A program made the position numbers and the translations under genes. A DNA stretch of 64,000 nucleotides from Octopus sinensis (lineage: Eukaryota): contig NC_042997.1 of the NCBI RefSeq assembly GCF_006345805.1, positions 68,944,001 to 69,008,000 on the forward strand, given 5' to 3'. The notes under the pieces were generated by a model. The model saw nothing but the letters and a program-made list of their open reading frames with translations, ran no database searches and was not told the DNA's origin. This document shows, one piece after another, positions 1 through 12,749 of this stretch. Every line of letters begins with the position of its first letter. The first letter of the stretch is position 1.

Positions 1-121
1 GGGTTGGTTCATCTTCGACACCATAAACTAAGAATATAAAATACTTTGGTCAATTTTACGAATTAAATTGTTTAAGTTTAGGGTAAAAGATACATATACA
101 CACGCACACACATACATACAT

Positions 122-154
<33 letters not shown>

Positions 155-155
155 T

Positions 156-213
<58 letters not shown>

Positions 214-265
214 TATACTTATGTATATGTGTGTATGTATGCATATATATATATATTCATTCACA

Positions 266-303
<38 letters not shown>

Positions 304-337
304 CACATACACATATACTATGTTCGCATGCCCAGTA

Positions 338-445
338 GTTTTTTCTACTCTAGGCACAAGGCCCGAAATTTTGGAGGAGGGCGCCAGTCGATTAGATCGA
401 CACTTGTACGCAACTGGTACTTAATTTATCGATCCCGAAAGCATG
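338..445 (-). mobile_element. tRNA-derived SINE family A, 3' part
   Basis: Reverse complement of the block cggggtcgataaattaagtaccagt...ggccttgtgcctagagtagaa seen in other copies (15105, 35735, 39200). Confidence 0.8.
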
Positions 446-815
446 CTCGTAAGTGTGCTGCAACTTCGTCTATTTGAGGTGCCCGTGCCACTAGAAACAT
501 TGCGTACGACACATTTCTTCGTCGCCGTAAGCTTACCGAAGTATGCTCAGTGTCTCTGCAGCAGACTACCCAAGTTTAACCTAAAATTTCACGTTGGCTC
601 TTTGTTCCAATTTCCTGTCCGTGACAAAAATCGCAAACTACAGTATACACGGAACATCAAACACAAATTTCACAACCTGCGAGATAAAATCAGCGATATG
701 ACTTGGCACACTGCTCCATAAAGGTCACTGTTAGCTCTCACTGCGCACGCAACAGTGTGCTGCCATCTGTTGACGCGCCACAGAACTGTCCCGGGAAATT
801 ATTGATACCACCTCA
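446..815 (-). mobile_element. Mariner-type DNA transposon left-end fragment
   Basis: tgcgcacgcaac...tgccatctgttgacgcgccacagaactgtcccgggaa matches the terminus of the mariner at 44990-45075; TIR-like gaggtggtatcaataatttcccgggac on the minus strand. Confidence 0.6.
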
Positions 816-822
816 CACATAC

Positions 823-874
<52 letters not shown>

Positions 875-887
875 TATATATATATAG

Positions 888-942
<55 letters not shown>

Positions 943-1010
943 TAAATATATATATATATACATATATATATCACTATATAAGTATATACATACATACACA
1001 CACATACACA

Positions 1011-1053
<43 letters not shown>

Positions 1054-1435
1054 GTACAGTCACAAATATAGGTATATCTTAGTTGAGGTTAGCGAGGTGA
1101 TGGCGGTTGCTCCGGTTACAAGAGAAGTGTGTAGTTTATCTGTTGTTTGTAGGCCACCCTGTAACTTGATATTCGCTCTCGCGTCCGGCCAACAAATCAA
1201 ATTAGTCCAAAACAGGCTGTTATAATGGCAATCTCAGGTACACATGAGTTCGCACTACCACTTATCTATCAGATCATAAATAAACATGTACACAGAAAGC
1301 ACACGCACTCGCCCACACACGCTTGTGTATATTCATATATATATATATATATACACCCAACGATGCATACATACATACATACATATGTACTTGCATACAT
1401 ATATACATACATATATACATACATACATACATACA

Positions 1436-1466
<31 letters not shown>

Positions 1467-1665
1467 GTACATACATACATATATATGTACTTGCATGTAC
1501 CTTTATATAAATATATATCTGACTATGGATGCATGAGTGTATATGCGTGTATGTGTGTGTATGTATACGCTTCTGTCTCTGCCTCTCTGTCTGTCTGTCT
1601 CTGTCTGTCTGTCTCTGTCTGTCTGTCTGTCTGTCTGTATCTCCCTCTCTCTCTCTCTCTCTCTC

Positions 1666-1698
<33 letters not shown>

Positions 1699-1749
1699 AT
1701 ATAAGCGCTTGGTTGTTCACTTGAAGCATTGTGATATCGAAGAATATGA

Positions 1750-1835
1750 ACAGAGAGAAAATAGACATCTAGCAGTGCGAAAAGTTTAATAAAACCTCTA
1801 ATATATTTCGGGCTCGAAGTTCCGTTTTCAGAAGG
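1750..1835 (-). mobile_element. Probable PLE terminal-repeat fragment with degenerate hammerhead-like core
   Basis: Minus strand reads ctgaaaacggaacttcgagcccgaaatatattagagg; an inverted homolog lies at 2274-2358. Confidence 0.45.
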
Positions 1836-1964
1836 AAAGAACAGTCTAAGAAAAGTACTGTTATGTAGGATCCGTTAATTCATGCAAACTTTACAGCATT
1901 TATGCAACAGCAGCAATCGCTCCCTAAACGTTGGTGTAACCGACATCCCACGCATTTTGTAAAC

Positions 1965-2138
1965 CAATGTTTCTCAACAAGAGTTCATATAGCCCCTCAG
2001 AGTTCATATAAGTGCTTTGGGGGTCCATAATAGTATATTGACATACTATTGTGGGTCCCCAGTTTACTATTTTGTAACGTGGATCCCCAAAATTCTTGGA
2101 ACTTCAAGGACGATATGAGACCCGGTTAAAAACCATTG
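1965..2138. mobile_element. Possible hAT-type MITE
   Basis: Ends caatgtttctcaac / ggttaaaaaccattg resemble CAGTGKTTCTCAAC-type TIRs; no clean 8-bp TSD. Confidence 0.4.
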
Positions 2139-2273
2139 GCTTACATAATGTGTGGGACGTCGATTACACCTGCGTTTGGAGAGTGACTGTTATTGTTACA
2201 TAAGCGATGGAGAGTTTGAATGGATTAACGGATCCTACACAACTGGACTTGACTTTTCTTAGGCTGCTCTTTT

Positions 2274-2358
2274 CTTCTGAAGATGGGACTTTGAGCCCGT
2301 AATATATTAGGGTTTTATTAAAATTCTTGCAATGTCAGAAGCCTTCTATTTTCTCTTT
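2274..2358 (+). mobile_element. Probable PLE terminal-repeat fragment (inverted partner of 1750-1835)
   Basis: ctgaagatgggactttgagcccgtaatatattaggg; homologous to the reverse complement of 1750-1835. Confidence 0.45.
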
Positions 2359-2829
2359 CTCTCTCTCTCTCTCCCTCTCTCTGTATATATATATATATAT
2401 ATATACAAATTAGTAAATAAATGGCACAACTAAGTACCGATATTTACTGGAAATAGCGAACGTAAAAATACGACGCTAATGTGTAGCTTCACCGCGTATG
2501 TATTAGCAACAATGCGTGTGTGCAACAAATTAGAGAAAAAAAACCGTCTTACCTCCAGGGAGAACATCTGAAAGATGAAACACCCGGAAAAGGATAATGT
2601 GGTACCTGCAGGTTTCAGGTTTTACAAGATATGTTTCTCACCCATATTTTGTTTTACCTTCATCAGCCAAACATATACCAAGACGAAATCTACGATGTTA
2701 CCACATTAATACTAACACACTCGACTGAAATGCGGAACGCTAACAGTACGAGAAACGGTGAAGAAGTTTCAAAATATCAGTAATGCAATACAAAGTATTG
2801 CCTTCCAGTAAAAAGTAGCCCGTGATGTG

Positions 2830-3034
2830 ATGGCGAATGCCGGACAGAAGGGTCACAAAGGAGAGCTAAGAAGTAGGGGATATAACAAAGTAGTAGTGAT
2901 CGCAAAACAAAGGTGCACGTGTGTGTAAGAGAGTACGTATGTGCGTGTGAAAGAGGGCTGGTGATATTGACGTGTGCGTGTGTGCATGTGTAGGTGTGAA
3001 AATGTGGGGATAGGAATTGGTCAGTGCTGGTGTG
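2830..3034 (-). repeat. 205-bp inverted duplicate of 3649-3853
   Basis: Manual alignment gives 3 mismatches in 205 bp. Confidence 0.9.
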
Positions 3035-3060
3035 ATATATACAATCTCTGTATATATATA

Positions 3061-3093
<33 letters not shown>

Positions 3094-3094
3094 C

Positions 3095-4030
3095 AGAGAT
3101 TGTCCTTGCACAGAGGCCATCCGGACTCCCGTTTGCGCCGTGAACAGGGATTAATCTTCTCTCTTCGTTCCTTTTCGCCACATGGGATCAACTCTCCTCC
3201 TCTCTTCATCTAACCTCCTCCCCTTGCCTCTCTCCCCCTCCCTCCTACTTCATCCCACCCACCACTCCTCTCTTGCTCCGACTCCTACTTCTCTTCACCC
3301 CTACTCTCTTTCTATCCTCTCTCTTCTCTCTTACTCTCTTACTCTCTTTCTCTCTTCTCTCATACCCACCTTCCCCTTCCCCTTCATCGTCACTCCTCAC
3401 CCATAAGCCCATCCCACCCCTACATATTCCTACCCCACCTTCCCTATCCTTCCCATCCCATCCCATCACTTACACCCTCTCTTACATACCCCACCACTAC
3501 CCCACCCACTACCCCACCCACTGCCTACCCACATACCCCACCTCTACCCCAACCGTGTTTTCCCCACTCTCGCCCCCACCACACAACACAATCACACCAC
3601 ACTACACCATACCACACAGCACATCACATCACAACACACCATCTCGCACACACCAGCACTGACCAATTCCTATCCCCACATTTTCACACCTACACATACA
3701 CACACGCACACGTCAATATCACCAGCCCTCTTTCACACGCACATACGTACTCTCTTACACACACGTGCACCTTCGTTTTGCGATCACTACTACTTTGTTA
3801 TATCCCCTACTTCTTAGCTCTCCTTTGTGACCCTTCTGTCCGGTATTCGCCATTATAGATCGCTAGCCACTACACACATTTTTTCTCTGTCCTTGTTTCT
3901 TTCTGTGTTCATTTCTGCGGAAGAGCGTAGGCTCGAAACATTAAAGTCGCTTTCAATTCCCGAGCGTTATACTAATACATCTGTTTGTTATCTGCACCAC
4001 CTGTCTTCGACTTTTGTTTTTTTGTGAATT
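3095..4030 (+). mobile_element. Penelope-like element 3' portion (GIY-YIG C-terminus, low-complexity tail, terminal repeat)
   Basis: Frame reads LSLHRGHPDSRLRREQGLIFSLRSFSPHGIN, like the PLE endonuclease end; terminal block gaagagcgtaggctcgaaac is shared with 49140-49420 and 51470-51660. Confidence 0.65.
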
Positions 4031-4035
4031 CTCCC

Positions 4036-4107
<72 letters not shown>

Positions 4108-4249
4108 CATGTATACATATGTGTATAAATGCAGAGACACATATATATGGGGGAGGCTAATGCTTGAAACAATTAAAAGAATAAAAGAATAAAATATATA
4201 CATATATACATACATACGCTAAAATATTTATAAACGGTTTACACTGTTA

Positions 4250-7100
4250 GATTTTACAATTTTATTTACTCCTTTATGTTAACATGTACAAGGACCTAAT
4301 TTATAAAATTTATCGGTAAATCGGGAATCTACGAAGATTATAAAAAAAATCTGGGTTTTACTAGTTTTGTGTTGCCCACGGCCAGTCCCCCAAACAGAAA
4401 CGTTTTCGTGATGCTCTAATATCACATGCGTGATTTACGTAGCTTAGCCTGCCGAGGTAGGTTTAAGTAAGATATGCAGCTAGGTATCTGAGAGTGTGCC
4501 AAGATCTTATTGTTACTGACTACGTCACTCAACTTGTTTAAAATCCAGCTCAAGCTTCATGCATGAAAGACATTACGACGCCACGTACTCTTCTCCCAGA
4601 CTCTCTTTTCCAGCCTAGCTGAGTGAACTCTTCGAAAGTGTCTGTGGATCTCAAACTCTACAAAGTTATTGTTCGTGATGGGTGAACTGAGGTCCTCTAA
4701 CTCATGAACAACTCTTAACTCGCAGGGTTCCACATTTTAATCTTCTTCAGAGTGACGGTCAAGTCAGGGTCTCGAGAGGCTCTTGTAAGTCTTTCCTCGG
4801 GTTATTGCAGTTGCTTCTTCGAGTTTGAAGTGCCGCATCATTTGCAAAGAACCTGTCTCTGGAGTAGTTCTCCTTGTTTGGTGTTTAAATATATCGATGA
4901 AGAGATGAAGAGTATTTTTGTGGTTATCGTATGTCCTGATTTACATGTATGATATGAGCGTTCCATAAGTATAATCTGGTCATCAATTTCCTTCAATGAC
5001 TTTAGCTGTCTGTTTTTTGATCGGTTTGTGTATTTCGAGCGTTTTTTTAAAATTTATATCAGGGATTTGCTAAAAAAAGAATAGAGTGATCTGATGTTAT
5101 ATTTCTTGGATTTCGTGTTGTGATGTAAGATAAAATACTTATTTGAATTGCTTTTTGCCCTTCGTAATTATCAATTATAAATTATTTTGGCACGTTATAT
5201 TTAGTCATCAGTTAATATGTTTGTACTGATAAGGTTATTGTCTTTTAAATAATAGTTCTTCACTTGTAGTTTATATTGAGTTTAAAAATTCAAAACGATT
5301 GCTCGTATCATTTTTAATATATTAAATGGTATATTTATTTTGGTATTTTACGATGGTAAGAAATAAACGGCGAGTATTGTTTAGAGTTCAATGGTCTGTA
5401 GTGGATATAGATTTCGATGCGTATTAAATTATCTTCTAAAAGTATTGGATTTTATATTTTGATTGTGACCCGTATATTATCGCATATTGTATTAATTAAA
5501 ATCTTGAAGTCGTGAAGTTTGTCAAGAACTTGGATCCACAGAATGAAGACGTTAATCCAATCAATATTTCCACTTTTATAAGACATATTTGTAGAAGCTG
5601 ATGTTGCGTGTTAGTCGACATTGTTAATCTATTTCAACTTCTAGGCATGCCGTATACAAAGTGACGTACGTTGGGGTACGCAGAAAGTGCATTGGGGTTC
5701 TAAGTACTTGTTAGTAAATCCTTAAGTTGAAGAAGTAATTTTCTGAATGAATTACATTCCTTCAGTAGTTAATCTGTTTTTCGTATTCGGTCCAGAATTT
5801 CATTGGAAATTATTTCAGGAAAACTTCTATGGCTTCTAGTAAATAGTTTTGTGAGATAGCAGTTTTACTACATCAGGTGATGCATTGATAGTATATTTTA
5901 TTCACTTTTTCGGGTGATGGCTTCACAGGTTCAAGCCATCTTTATAAAACTTGCTATGAATTTTAGAGTGGGGTTTCAGCAATATCTCTACAAAGTTGTT
6001 GCGTGCGTGCGTTTTTAAGCTGGACAAACTACAATTGTACAAAAGTTTCCTAGGACGCGGTGCATTCATATATATGAACTTGATTCGTTCAGACGTCGTA
6101 TATAGTTTTTGTGTAGTGATTTTAGTGGGTCCTTGTATATTGTTGGTCTTGCACTTAAAGTTTGTTGGACATTCCCTGTGAGAACTTTTCAGTGTAGATG
6201 AATGAATGTACACATTTGGAGAGTTATAAAGGAGTTGATCATTTCTTCACAATTGTTAGCAGGATTAGAATTTTGAACTTGAAATAAAGGAAATTAGAAG
6301 GGAAAGATGCATGGGTTCACATATTTAATTTCATTCTCTTTGCTTATTACAAAGTTCTTGATATCACTAGATCTACTTCAATCTTTTTAGACATCTCCAG
6401 TATTAATTAACTAACCAATAACTTAAAACATTTCATGAAGCGAGCTGATGTTTCTTATTGGTGGAAAATAATTGCAGACTTAAAGAGATTAACGAATGTT
6501 TGTTTTTTCTTTTCTTTCAGGTCTCTCCGTGTTTTAATTGCCTACGTACAAGGTAGCGGCTTCCGGGGAATTCTGCCTTGTGAAGATGTCCTTCGTCAAA
6601 ATTTCTCATCATCTACCATATTTTCTGTAGACATCATGTCCATTCTTAAAGCTATATTGTGGTTGTTCAGTTTGAGATTAATTTTTTGCTATAATGCCTG
6701 TCTGTTTCGATAAGTTGGGGCCCTTAATTCTAAGCTACACTCTATACTTTTAGTGAAATCGTTTTGTGAAATGTCTAAATATTCTGGAATTAGCATCATC
6801 TTTATCAAAGCTTTTGGATTAAAAGTTTGATTCTCTGGCACTTCTTTTATCAATTGTGTCTTGTAGATTTTTGGTTCCTTTAATAATGAGACACCTGCAT
6901 AATATTCTCTTTTGAATTTGCATTCATAATTACTGAGCCAATGAATACTTTTCCCACTGTCTCTGAAAACTTGTTGCTTTTCTTTCTTCAAAGTTTAATA
7001 ATTTTCTCAGAATGGGACTTTGGAATTTCCACTTCAATTTGTTTCTTTTTTTACGCGAGTTGGAGTATGAAGAAAAGGAAGGTTTGAAATTCACTCGGAG
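4250..7100 (-). mobile_element. Degraded Penelope-like element (RT, probable GIY-YIG)
   Basis: Minus frames give NNFVEILLKPHSKIHSKFYKDGLNL and NYFFNLRIY*QVLRTPM...PTYVTLYTACLEVE, resembling PLE RT motifs; many stops. Boundaries are approximate. Confidence 0.6.
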
Positions 7101-7859
7101 TATTTAAACAGATGAATATATATTTATTTAAATGGTTCCATCATTTCATGATTCTAAACCGTATTTGTCTCGACTCTCAGTAGAATTTGGAACATTGCAA
7201 TTTAATGTGGAGAGATTGTAGTCCATATTTCATTAGCTGAAATGCAGTCAAATCAGTTAATGCTGGTCACGAGGTCAGAGTTTCATATGACTATATGAGA
7301 TTTATCAAACGAATAGACACACAGGAAAACTGTCGTATTGATTTTGCTCACTGATACAGAAGTATGTGTCCTCATTTCTCCAGATAGTTAGACTGTATGT
7401 TCCTTAATTGTTAGAATTCGTGCGTCTTAAGATTATCTCTCTTTCTCAGTTTGATTTGGTTGCAATTGGCACGTGACATTTTTTTATTCTATTATCGAAA
7501 GGAAAATAATTTCAATAAATCAGCAATAAATTTTGTAGAGTATTCCATATGCCTTTACTGGGATTAATTGTCCATATACAAACCACTGGCGACTCTGAGT
7601 TTGTCTCTTACGTTATGTTATACACATACACGCACACACACGTACGCACACTCTCACACACAGAAACATATACGCATATATCCGAGTGTGAAGACTTAAA
7701 TGTGCGTATGTATACAATAGGTGTATACGTCTTAGCTTGGAGTGGTTACGTACATGTTGTCCAGTATCAAAATATTAAAAGTCTAACCTAAGCTAAACAC
7801 AGTTTTCATTTACTTAACCAGTCCGGTATTTCATACACACACGCAGATACACCCCACTA

Positions 7860-8330
<471 letters not shown>

Positions 8331-9819
8331 AGTGGCAGTATTTATTTTATTTTATTTTTCTATTTTTTACTGTCTTGATACAATGTTACCTGGTACGTTT
8401 CTGAGAAATGTCTGAAAGCAGCACCTCTAACCAATACCATTTGAAATGTTTGCCTGCTCCTCCAAAAAGTTGATTAAAAGAAATAAAGGTAAGAAAAACA
8501 CTCAGTAAAACCAAATAAGAATATACAAAAGAAACCGACGAACAAATGAAAGAAAAACAAGCTACAACCTAGACTTTAGTGAAGGTTGAGAAGTGCTCAG
8601 GTGATTGTAACTTCACATTCTCTTTACTTATATTTACCTAGTTCTATTTTGTCTAGTTTATCTATGTCTATTATACATTTAGTTTCTCTTGTTTCTTTTT
8701 AATTTCTTAACGTGTATTTATTTATTTATTTTGTGTATATGCGCGGGTTTTTTTTTGTGTAGACATCATTATGCTATTGTTTATTTCTTATGCTTTTTTG
8801 CTCTCCATTATATTGCTTTAATTTTTCTTTGCCGATCTTTCTCCAACTTTCAAGAATACTTTCTACTCAGTGTTATTATGTTTTTTTCCCTTTTCTCTAT
8901 ACATCTTTCAGTTCATTTTTTAAAATCTCTCAGTGGGTGACTTGTAGTTACTTTTTCGCGCACACACACACAGGCACATACACACACACATTCTCTCTCC
9001 CACTCACTTTCTCTCTCTCTCTCTCTTCCTCACACACACATGCACACACACGCACACACACAAAGCGCACACAAACACTTTGTTGTCGCCGGTGTTGTTT
9101 AATTTTTCCTTTGTAAGTTGCTTTTTTTTAAGGGGAGATTGATACTGAAGGAAGATGGTGGTTTCCTTTTTCATTGTTAGTTGCTGTTCTAGCTGTTAAG
9201 GGCCTTGAAGTATTAGAAAAGCTGATAACATTGGTTTATCCTTGTACTGTTCTACAATCCTATCCCTATATTTGTTATTAGTATTTTTGTAGTTTTCTTT
9301 TAGATTTGTTCGTATTTGCAAATGTTATTTTTGTTGATGTAGCTGTAGTTCTTGCAGTAGTTTTGTTGGTTTTTTGTCAGTGACGGTGGTGTCCCTTTTC
9401 ATTGACAATTTTTATTCTTCTTAAGTTTCTTAGTGTTGGTGGAGTTGATGGACGCTGTTGTCTTTGTGCTGGTGTCACTCTTTTCAAAAAGAAAAAAAAA
9501 ACTAAAATAAACGGTGAAGCTATGGGTGGTAAAATTTTGTTTAAATTTAGTTCGTGCGGGTGGTGACATGGTGGTGATTGTATCACTTCTAGTGTTGTAG
9601 GTCCGTGGGTTGGCTGGCAGATTGGGTATTTGATGGGTTGTAGGGTTGGTCAGACTTTGTGTGGAATATATATTTTTTTATTTTTCATATAGTTTAGTTA
9701 TAGTTTGCATGTGGTTTCCTTTTCCTTCGGTTCCTCATCTGTCAGTATATATTTAAAATTTGAAACTAGAAATTCATTCTCAACACCTATCTATTTGCTT
9801 TAAATAATGATGTTGACGA

Positions 9820-9842
9820 TGTTGATGATGATGATGATGATG

Positions 9843-9912
<70 letters not shown>
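9820..9912. repeat. (GAT)n(AAT)n microsatellite
   Basis: Direct reading; abuts the 5' end of a REL LINE. Confidence 0.95.
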
Positions 9913-9913
<1 letters not shown>

Positions 9914-10810
9914 TGCTAAAGGCAGATGAGGGAAGACATTATCTAAGCTGCTCAAGATCAGAGCTTATTGACCCGGAACTACCAAACCAATGTGAATAAA
10001 AATAGAGTAGACCCAAAGTGCCGATACTGCAACGATAACATTGAAACAGTGGATCAGCAAATCTCTGGGTGTAAGGTTTTAGCACCAACAGAGTATAAAT
10101 CAAGGCATCAGAGAGATGGCTAATATCTTCACTGGATAAGATGTCGCCATTATAAAATCAAAACTGCTGAAAAATAGTACATGTACCACCTTGAGGCTGT
10201 AACCGAGGGACAAAATGTAACGGTTCTTTGGGATTTCCAGTACATACTGGCCGGACCATCAGAGCTAGTAAACTAGATATTGTTGTGAAAGACCAAAACA
10301 ATAAAAGCTATTTATTGGTTCACATGAGCATACCTTGTGATCATAATATCTCGGCAAAAGATTTGATAAGCTTAGATAATATAAAGATTTACTAACTGAA
10401 ATCGAAAAAAATCTGGCATCTCAAGACGGTTACAATATCAGTGATAGTAGGAGCATTTGGAATGATTAATAAAAAACGAACTAAAAATTTTTTGAGGATA
10501 ATCTTTGGCTTACAGTCCATGCAGGAAATGCAAAAGAATTTCTTAACTGGTACGCTTCACGTATTGAAAAGGGCATTGTCGCTGTTAATTTTGTTTCCTT
10601 TTTCCACTTTATGTATTTCTTTTCTATTTTCTTTCTTTTCTTTCTTCCTCTGTCTTTCTTCCCTATTCTTTCTATCATATGACTTTGTAAATGAATAGTC
10701 GGGTGTGTTTATTTTAATGGTCAACCAATGTATGCAGTGAGTTTCTTTTCCTTGGGTGTTGGGAAGACACTCGGCAAAAAATGGAAACATGATTCAAAGA
10801 AGAGAATGAG
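9911..10810 (+). mobile_element. 5'-truncated R4/Dong-type LINE (zinc knuckle + REL endonuclease + 3' UTR)
   Basis: AAQDQSLLTRNYQ...DPKCRYCNDNIETVD...SGCKVLAPTEYK, a PD..D-like region, and VIVGAFGMI...LTGTLHVLKRAL; (AAT)n on both sides. Confidence 0.85.
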
Positions 10811-10834
10811 AATAATTATAATAATAATAATAAT

Positions 10835-12745
10835 GGTTTGAACTGCGATTTGTCTATGTAAAGATGTCAACATCTTCACCCAAAAGCCCTATACGCCATC
10901 AGGTCCAGAAGCTTTCCAATTAGAAATTTTGGGGGCTTACATGCAGACTATTACAGCTGTTATTTCACAATCAATTTGTTTCACATTTGTTTTATTCTCC
11001 CTGAATTCCTCCAGCCATTCAACATGTATATTTGTTTACAGAAAGACCGACGGCTCGCTGGAAAACATTTAATTTTCTACGGAGAACAGTTAGGATCTGT
11101 TAACATACGAAGATATATATTTCAGAGAGACAGCTTATTACCACATCTATTTGTCATTTGCATGGTTCCCCAGACTTAAGTTCTTAGAAATGTGAAAATG
11201 TGAAAATGTGATATGTGCTATACGGTATTAAGATCAACAATCTGTTAATCATGCATGATTTAAAGCTATTTGCGAAAGATGTGGACAAAGTTGGCAGTTT
11301 AACATCTAGTATAAACCTGATTAATTATGAGATTGGGATGGGATTTGCGATAAAAAAAAAAAAAACATGTGATGCATTAACCCTGAAACGTGGAAAACTA
11401 ACAAAGAGTAGAGAGAATAAGCTTGTGTATGGCCAGATTACCAAAGACGTGGGAGAAGAAGGATAAAAGAATTTGGGAATGATAGATTTGGATAAGATCA
11501 AAGAGAAAGAAATGAAGATATTCAAAAAGAATATCTCGGGCGGTTGAGATTTGTAACGTCGTCTAAAGTGAATGGAAGGAATTAGATCAAGGAAACGATG
11601 CATAGGCTGGAGATATTAAATGGAGGAAAGATGAACTAAACAGTATTGATAGAAAAACTAGGAAATTGATGGCAGTGCTTAAAAAACACCATCCAAGGAA
11701 TGATGCTGCAAGACTTTATGCTGGAGGAAAGAAATGAGGTCGAGGACAAGTTGAAAAGATTGTGTCAAAAGTGAACAAAAAACCTAGCTTGGTACCTTAA
11801 AAATGTCAAGTGTAACATCATGTTAAATGTAAGAGGCCTAAACACATTGGGATCTACTTATAAAGCAACACCGAATGAATGCAAGAAGAGAGTGAAAAGG
11901 AATAGAATGACGACCTTATGCACGGCAGTATACTAGAGATAACTATGCATTGATTGGAATAAGAATTGGTCGTGGTTTAGAAATGACGATCTGAAAGAAT
12001 GCACAGAAGCTCTGGTGTGCAGCGCCCACGAACAGGCTCTCTGAACTAACTATGTTAAGCATCATGTCGACAAAACGAAAGAATCGCCATTATGTAGAAT
12101 CAGTGGAAAAAAGATGAAACGGTCAGCCATCTCGTAAGCAAATGTGCTAAGTTGGCACAGCGAAAGAACAAAAGATATGATAATGTTGTCTGATATATCC
12201 ACTGGATATGTAAGAAATGTGAGTTTGCCGCGCAGCTAGATAATTAGATCAGGATCCAGGAAATGTATTAGAGAATGAGAAATTTAAGCTTTTATTGGAT
12301 TTCACCATTCAATGTGATAAAATGATTGAAGAAAGAATGACAGGCATTGTAGCTGTCAGGAAATGAAAAAAGGCCCAAATTATTGATATCTCTACCTCAG
12401 GAGATAGTTGATACAGATATATAGAGCATGAAAAGTTGTAGAACAAAGAGCCACTGAAACAGGATGTTGGAAAGTCGTGGAGGATGAAGAAGATTTAGTG
12501 TTTCCAATGCTGATTGGAGCATTTGGATGCATATTGGACAATTTCAAAAAACTGTGTAAATAAAATCAGAATTGATGCGGAGTGACAAGTCTTGCAGAAA
12601 ACTGCACTCCTAGGTACAAAAAGGATTTGAAGGAAAATCTTGTCCATATAAAGCACACAAGAGCAAGCCGTAAGGGACATTTGTCAGTTTGCTGACTAAT
12701 TTCTAAATGAAATGTCAAGAACATTTAATGTTTATGTGCTTCAGA
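10835..12745 (+). mobile_element. R4/Dong-type LINE (RT, zinc knuckle, REL) with an inverted 5' segment at 10835-11030
   Basis: GSVNIRRYIFQRDSLLPHLFVICM, INNLLIMHDLKLFAK, EQAL*TNYVKHHVDKTKESPLCR, LQKTALLGTKRI; minus strand of 10835-11030 gives WKASGPDGV*GFWVKMLTSLH. Confidence 0.85.
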
Positions 12746-12749
12746 TATA

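Noticed and set aside
28-1724. Many 60-140 aa ORFs ([14 protein letters not shown]), here and throughout the window
   Set aside because: Stop-free translations of di- and tetranucleotide microsatellites; no coding signal.
3182-3662. Pro/Thr/His/Leu-rich ORFs
   Set aside because: CT/CA-rich low-complexity tail of the PLE.
6495-6525. Strong plus-strand splice acceptor ttttcttttctttcag
   Set aside because: Antisense to an A-rich stretch of the PLE relic; no matching donor or homolog.
9130-9800. Coding-like minus-strand stretch (Thr/Lys/Pro-rich)
   Set aside because: Multiple stops and no recognisable motif; possibly LINE ORF1 debris.
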